A stretch of 64,000 nucleotides of DNA, taken from contig CAVQFQ010000019.1 in the NCBI GenBank assembly GCA_963711835.1, positions 20,134 to 84,133 on the forward strand, in the 5' to 3' direction. The notes beneath the pieces were generated by a model. The model searched no databases. It was not told where the DNA came from and worked only from the letters and a program-made list of their open reading frames with translations. Positions 62,301-64,000 of this stretch are shown here, piece by piece (position 1 is the stretch's first letter; each line of letters begins with the position of its first letter). Both the position numbers and the translations under genes were made by a program. This stretch comes from an uncultured delta proteobacterium. Its GTDB lineage: Bacteria > Desulfobacterota > RBG-13-43-22.

Positions 62301-64000
62301 TTACAGGGGAGCTTGTTGCGACGAAATAAAAAAACCCCGGCACAGGGTGAATCCAACGACATAGCCCAGGCCAGGTTCAAAATAACGTTCGTAAAAATTT
62401 GGGTTACCTACCCATTTCCAATCACGCCAATCGATTTTTGGCGGTTTACTCATCGCATAATCCACTCCTATACCTGCCGTCTGCGTACTAATCCCAAATA
62501 TTAGGTCACCCGCCGTCATCTCATTTTTTAATACCTTCAAGACTGTTTTTCCTCCAAATTTTACGACAAACCCTGATCCTCCCAAAATCCCTTTTGTCAT
62601 TTCTCCTAAGAAATCCAATGGAACGTTTCTATTCTCTGACAACCCTAACGGATCTTTGAAATTGATGGGATTATTACTAACATAGCTATACTTTCTTTCG
62701 TTTAAAGGATCGGAGGATAGAAACCGCCCAGTGCGTAGGTTCATAATACCGATTTCGATAATAGTAGAGGCCTGATTCTGGATCATACTGCCTGCCAGTA
62801 TAAGTGAAGGGATTGGGGATGGTCTCAGTTTTGGAAAGGATATTCCCAAAGGAATCGTAGCTGTATGTGTTTACAGTAGTACCGGAACTATCCGTAAGAG
62901 TAACCACATTCCCCAGTTCATCCTGGTGGTAAAAATAGAAATTGGTGCCACGGCGCTGGAAGATCAGTCTATCAAGACCCTCATAGGCGTAGGTTGCCTG
63001 GCAGACACCGTTTCCGTCATACTCTTCGACGATATTTGGTCCGCTGTAAAGGTATTTCGTTACGACTCCATTGACATTCTTCTTGATGCGCCTTCCAAAA
63101 GGATCGTAGGTGTACTCGGCCCAGGTGGTATCAGGAAAATCAATCCTTATGAGCTGATCCTCGGCATCCCAGGTGTAGGTGGTAGTCCCGGGGGCATCTG
63201 TCTTCGATGTCACATTGCCGTTATCGTCATACGTGAAGGTCGCCCCATTTGCGGACTGGAGCCTGTTCGCGGCATCATAGGTATAACTAATTCCGCCTGC
63301 TGAGGTCAGGCGGTTGCCTTCACTATCATAGGTAAACGTTTCCGAAGCTGAGGCAGGATGAACAGCCTCAATAACTGATAAAGGGAGTCATAATTGAACT
63401 GATGGGTCCCTATTTTGTCGGTCTTAGTGAGGATGTTACTGACATGATCATAGGTATATGACAAGTTTTGTATTCCGAGTCCATCTGTTATCGTGAGCAG
63501 GTTGCTGATGTCGTTATAGGTATATGTCGTGGTTGGCAGGTTGCGAAGTCTCCTGGAAATCAAACGGCTGAGGTTGTCATATTGATATTGCTGAACACCC
63601 GGTAGATAGCTACCGTTATGAAAGTCATATATGCTCGTCGGTCTTCGCATTCTATCAAAAGAGTACTGCATGAGCGTATCAGGAAGAGATAGAGATGAAA
63701 ACCCCGTTGTACGTTGAGAGGTAAGTGTATCACAGCAGCTCTTCCAATCGTAAGAAACAGTTCCCTGGGTGCTGGTAACAGATGTTGTCACAAGCCCGTT
63801 TAACCCCCGAACTCTATAATCGAAGCTTATTGTGTCATCAGGATTGCTGATCTGCTTCAGGTATCCCAGCTTATCATAGGCATAGTTGGTGGTCTTGCTC
63901 CCAACCGCTTTCTGGGTCATTCGATTAAGGGCATCATAGGTTAATGTTGTAGTTTGCCCTTTGTAGTCAGTCACAGACGTTATGTTTCCATTTGCGTCAT
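62301..64000 (-). pseudogene. Rhs/YD-repeat protein 3' part (core plus C-terminal tip), frameshifts near 63370 and 62740; gene starts beyond window
   Basis: YD repeats, 'YDPFGRR', 'YTGRQYDPESGLYYYRNRYY', 'GRFLSSDP', 'NNPINFKDPLGL'. Confidence 0.9.

Noticed and set aside
59057-64000. Prophage or integrative element at the right end of the window
   Set aside because: No integrase, phage structural, replication or conjugation genes in view; only TA pairs, IS remnants and Rhs.

Overview
64-kb chromosomal window from an anaerobic Desulfobacterota-like (deltaproteobacterial) genome; the taxon is inferred from gene content. Housekeeping blocks include pyrF, ligA, thrS-infC-rpmI-rplT-pheST, uvrC-tatBC, hrcA-grpE-dnaK, cysE-tldDE, alaC-hom-apgM, secDF and a short thyA. 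Energy genes are a selenocysteine formate dehydrogenase fused to a GltD/NfnB-like flavoprotein, a Cys-rich GcvH-like protein under a sigma54 promoter, and a Rieske/cytochrome b/two-multiheme cluster. A second selenoprotein (C_GCAxxG_C_C family) is split by the ORF caller. The left end holds a heavily frameshifted TolC/MacAB-type exporter. The right end is an accessory hotspot: two toxin-antitoxin pairs around a duplicated thyA 3' end, Y1-transposase remnants, an internally deleted IS200 and a frameshifted Rhs gene. The most striking non-coding signal is a family of five dispersed ~215-230 nt intergenic elements. Each is closed by a ~29-35 bp terminal stem whose sequence differs between copies while pairing is kept, and all share an ordered set of near-invariant internal motifs (AGGCCTACRC, GTGAATGCCC, GGGCCG, GGACAA). 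I cannot assign this family to any RNA or IS family I know.
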